Assembly: GCA_001179505.1 (NCBI GenBank)
Contig: CDMY01000459.1
Location: 8,222-72,221, forward strand
DNA: 64,000 nucleotides
Direction: 5' to 3'
Source of the DNA: Vitrella brassicaformis CCMP3155
Taxonomy: Eukaryota; Protista; Chromerida
Shown here: in pieces, positions 61,517 through 64,000 of the stretch
Position numbering within the stretch: the first letter of the stretch is position 1
How the letters are laid out: each line of letters opens with the position of its first letter
Notes under the pieces: model-generated
The model's database searches: none
What the model saw: only the letters and a program-made list of their open reading frames with translations
What the model was told of the DNA's origin: nothing
Program-made: the position numbers and the translations under genes

Positions 61517-63456
61517 TCAATGAAGCAGAGCAGAACTCACCAGCTCGTCATTGGTGAGGAACGATGCGTTGGTCAGCCTGCACCGGTCGTTGCTGTAGTC
61601 GATGGCGCGTGCTGCCCTCCCCCCTATCAGCGCTGCCGATGCAGCCGCCAACGCCCCACGCCACAGTCTTCTTCTCCGACGGCCCCTCTCGGCCCAGGAA
61701 CTCCGAGTACTCGTCGCTACCTGATCAACACACACACACACACACACACACAAACAGACAGACTGACAGATCGACAAGAGCCAGGGGTCTGTGCAGTGTT
61801 GTGTTGCGTACCTCCGTTGCCCTCTTGTCCGTCGTTGGGATCCATATCATCGTCATCGTCATCGCCGCCACCAACGTCTCCATCTGCACCATCCATCCAC
61901 GTGTGTGTGTGTGTGTGTGTGTTGCTCTCTCCCCACCGTCATCGTCGCCATAGTCGTCACCCTCACTCTCATCAACCCCGTCCTCATCTACACCACACAG
62001 ACAGAGAGGGAAGGCACATCCATCCATCCATCCATGTGTGTGTCCCTCCCTCTATCCCTCCCTCTGTCTTCCGTACCATCGTCGTCACTGTCGTCGCCCC
62101 CCTGCTGCTGGGGCTGTGGCTGTGGCTGCTGCGGCGGCTGTTGTCCGTCGAACACGTGAGGCCCCACAGCCTCCAGCACCACACGAGCCAGGGCGGTCGT
62201 CTGGGGGAAGCGGTCCTTGAAGGCACCACCCTCACCAGACACAGGCGCCTCGGTCGTCCACACACTCACCTCCACTGCAGACACACAAGGAAGAGAATGT
62301 TAGTGGCACGTGACCAGCAGAGCTGCCTGTCTGTCTGTCAGCTTGACCGATGTTTGCGTAGTCGCCGAGGTGAATCCATGCGACGAAGTTGTGGGTGCTC
62401 TTGGTGAGCACCAGGTATCGCAGAGGACGACCGTGCTGGCGGCTGAACGTGGTGCTGCATCCCGCCACCGGTGTGTGTGGCGACTGGCTGAGGAGGGCAT
62501 CCAGACGGCCGCCGCCAACATACCTGAACCAACCACACCAGACGCGCACACAATCAGACACGCACCCCTCTCAAACACAGTGCCATCGGTGGGTTTACCT
62601 GTCGAGGAGTCTCCATGTGCGATAGGTCTTGTGAGTGTGGTCGAAGTGGTCGAGGATCAAACGCTTGGCGCACGACGACACCGACGCATCGGTGAATCGC
62701 CCCCCACTCCGCCATATGCCGCAGCGCTCCCAGTAGTGGATGTGGCTACGCACTGGCGGGTCGTCCTGTAGTCGGTGTTGCCGGTACGGGTGGTCGGGGA
62801 AGAGGGGCGGGTCGACCTCCAGGTCGAAGTCGGGCTCGTCATTGATGGCCCGCACCTCGTGGCCATGGCGGAACAGCTCCAGCCGGCTGCTGTCAGCGAA
62901 GTCCACATGACGCCCCACCACCATCAGCTGCGTTACCACACGGGGAAGCGACATATACGCCTACACACACGACAATACACACAGATGAGCAAATGAGGCC
63001 CTTTCTTGCCCTTCCTCCCTCCCGCCCTGTGAGTCCCACCGTCTTGTCGGCGTGTTTGTTGATGTCGGCAGCAGTGAGGTTGACGGGCAGCGTGCAGCGT
63101 CCACAGTGGCTGGCCCACCGCAGCACCTCAGCCACCTCCTCCCACCTCTGCTGCTCCACCATCCACATGGCCGCCAGCAGCAGCCGCGCCTCGGTCACCG
63201 ACTGCGGGTCGAAGGCCAGCACGGTGTCCAGCGGGGTCCCATCGGCGAGCCGAATGCGATGGAGTGACCAATTGAGTCGGCTGCGGAGCGTCTGGGAGTG
63301 GTCATTGCCGACGTAGAGCGCTGCAGTCCTGAGGCGGCCGATGTCCTTGGCCTCGTCGTAGAGCTGATATCTGTCGTCGCGGTGAATGAAGTCAAGGCAC
63401 TGGCCGTGGACGGACGGCGAGGCCTCGTCGCTGGTCTTCCGCGAGACGTTGCCCAT
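61517..63456 (-). CDS. Member of an expanded lineage-specific family resembling Vitrella unknown proteins; MG N-terminus
   Basis: Block HTPVAGCSTT...RYLVLT...FVAWIHL...VWTTEAP...FKDRFPQTTALAR...HVFD is recalled from chromerid hypothetical proteins, not database-checked. 3' exons uncertain. Confidence 0.65.
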
Positions 63457-63767
63457 CGCCCTCACTGAAAGGCTACTCAAGTGTCTGCATGATCACACAG
63501 ACACAACAAGATGCTGTTTGCCATGTGATGGTTCGAGGATGGATTTGGTGTGGAAGGCACCTGACCTACCTATGTATCGTGATGAGACGGATCCGTCTTC
63601 ATGCTCATGATCCCCTTCTCGCCAGCCCAACCTGCTGATCGCCTCGGAGTTGAGCTCGCAGTCCTAGCGAAGAGGAGAAAGGTAGAGGGGAAACGGATGA
63701 GGAGAAAGGAAGAGGGGAAAGGAGAGAGGAAGTGGAAGGAGACCTGCAGCCACTCTGCATCGTCCTG

Positions 63768-64000
63768 ATGCCCAGCGACTTCACTGGAGAGCGCTCGAAT
63801 GAATGGAGTAGCCTTCAATATCAGACACACGCCGGGTTCGTCCCGAAGCTCGGCGCGCCTCTGCTGAATGACCTCAGCCCTCAGAAAGGCGAGCGCATCT
63901 TAGATCTCGGTAAGAGCGACGAAAGAAAGTGACCGAACGCAGCGCATCTGATTCAATCATTGCAATGTGTTTGTCGCTCTCAGGGTGTGGCGATGGGGTC
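63768..64000 (+). CDS. Class I SAM-dependent methyltransferase (Tam/trans-aconitate MTase-like), 5' part
   Basis: WSSLQYQTHAGFVPKLG...LSPQKGERILDLG|CGDG (motif I); intron 63910-63983; runs off the window. Confidence 0.85.

Larger units (their letters stand above)
1..64000. repeat. Pervasive intronic/intergenic microsatellites: (TG)n, (GATG)n, (CTGT)n, (GAGG)n, (GA)n, (CAGG)n
   Basis: Seen in most introns, e.g. 5591-5611, 21125-21150, 24710-24767; largely absent from exons and divergent spacers. Confidence 0.98.

Noticed and set aside
1-64000. CRISPR arrays, tRNA/rRNA genes, transposase or reverse-transcriptase ORFs, intronic snoRNAs in RPL8
   Set aside because: No repeat-spacer array, cloverleaf, rRNA signature, RT/transposase motif or clear C/D box pair was seen by eye; tRNAscan-SE/Infernal would be needed to exclude small RNAs.

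Overview
Intron-dense, GC-rich eukaryotic scaffold with three 300-N gaps. The intron microsatellites, a plastid-targeted RETICULATA homologue and an expanded lineage-specific family point to a chromerid alveolate (Vitrella-like); this assignment is inference. I spliced about 25 genes by hand. Recognisable ones: two trypsin-fold proteases, a secreted double acetamidase/formamidase, a PH-like protein, TYW1, a beta-propeller mannosyltransferase-like/GT64 fusion, RPL8, a DEK-C protein, RETICULATA-related, a KCR-type SDR, a double alpha/beta-hydrolase, an F-box protein, a V-ATPase-G-like protein, a membrane RING ligase, mitoribosomal mS35, a polycystin-1-like GPS protein and a SAM methyltransferase. 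Damaged copies of AP-3 mu and thioredoxin are also present. Most notable: (i) nine head-to-head gene pairs, eight of whose short spacers carry a shared oriented motif (T)AAGCT(C/T)GCA(G), usually 30-65 bp before the ATG it points to; (ii) a two-domain glycosyltransferase fusion; (iii) tandemly duplicated secreted bacterial-type hydrolases; (iv) several localized reading-frame lesions. No tRNA, rRNA, CRISPR array or transposon was recognised. Exon boundaries were read by eye, and family assignments rest on motif recognition, not database searches.
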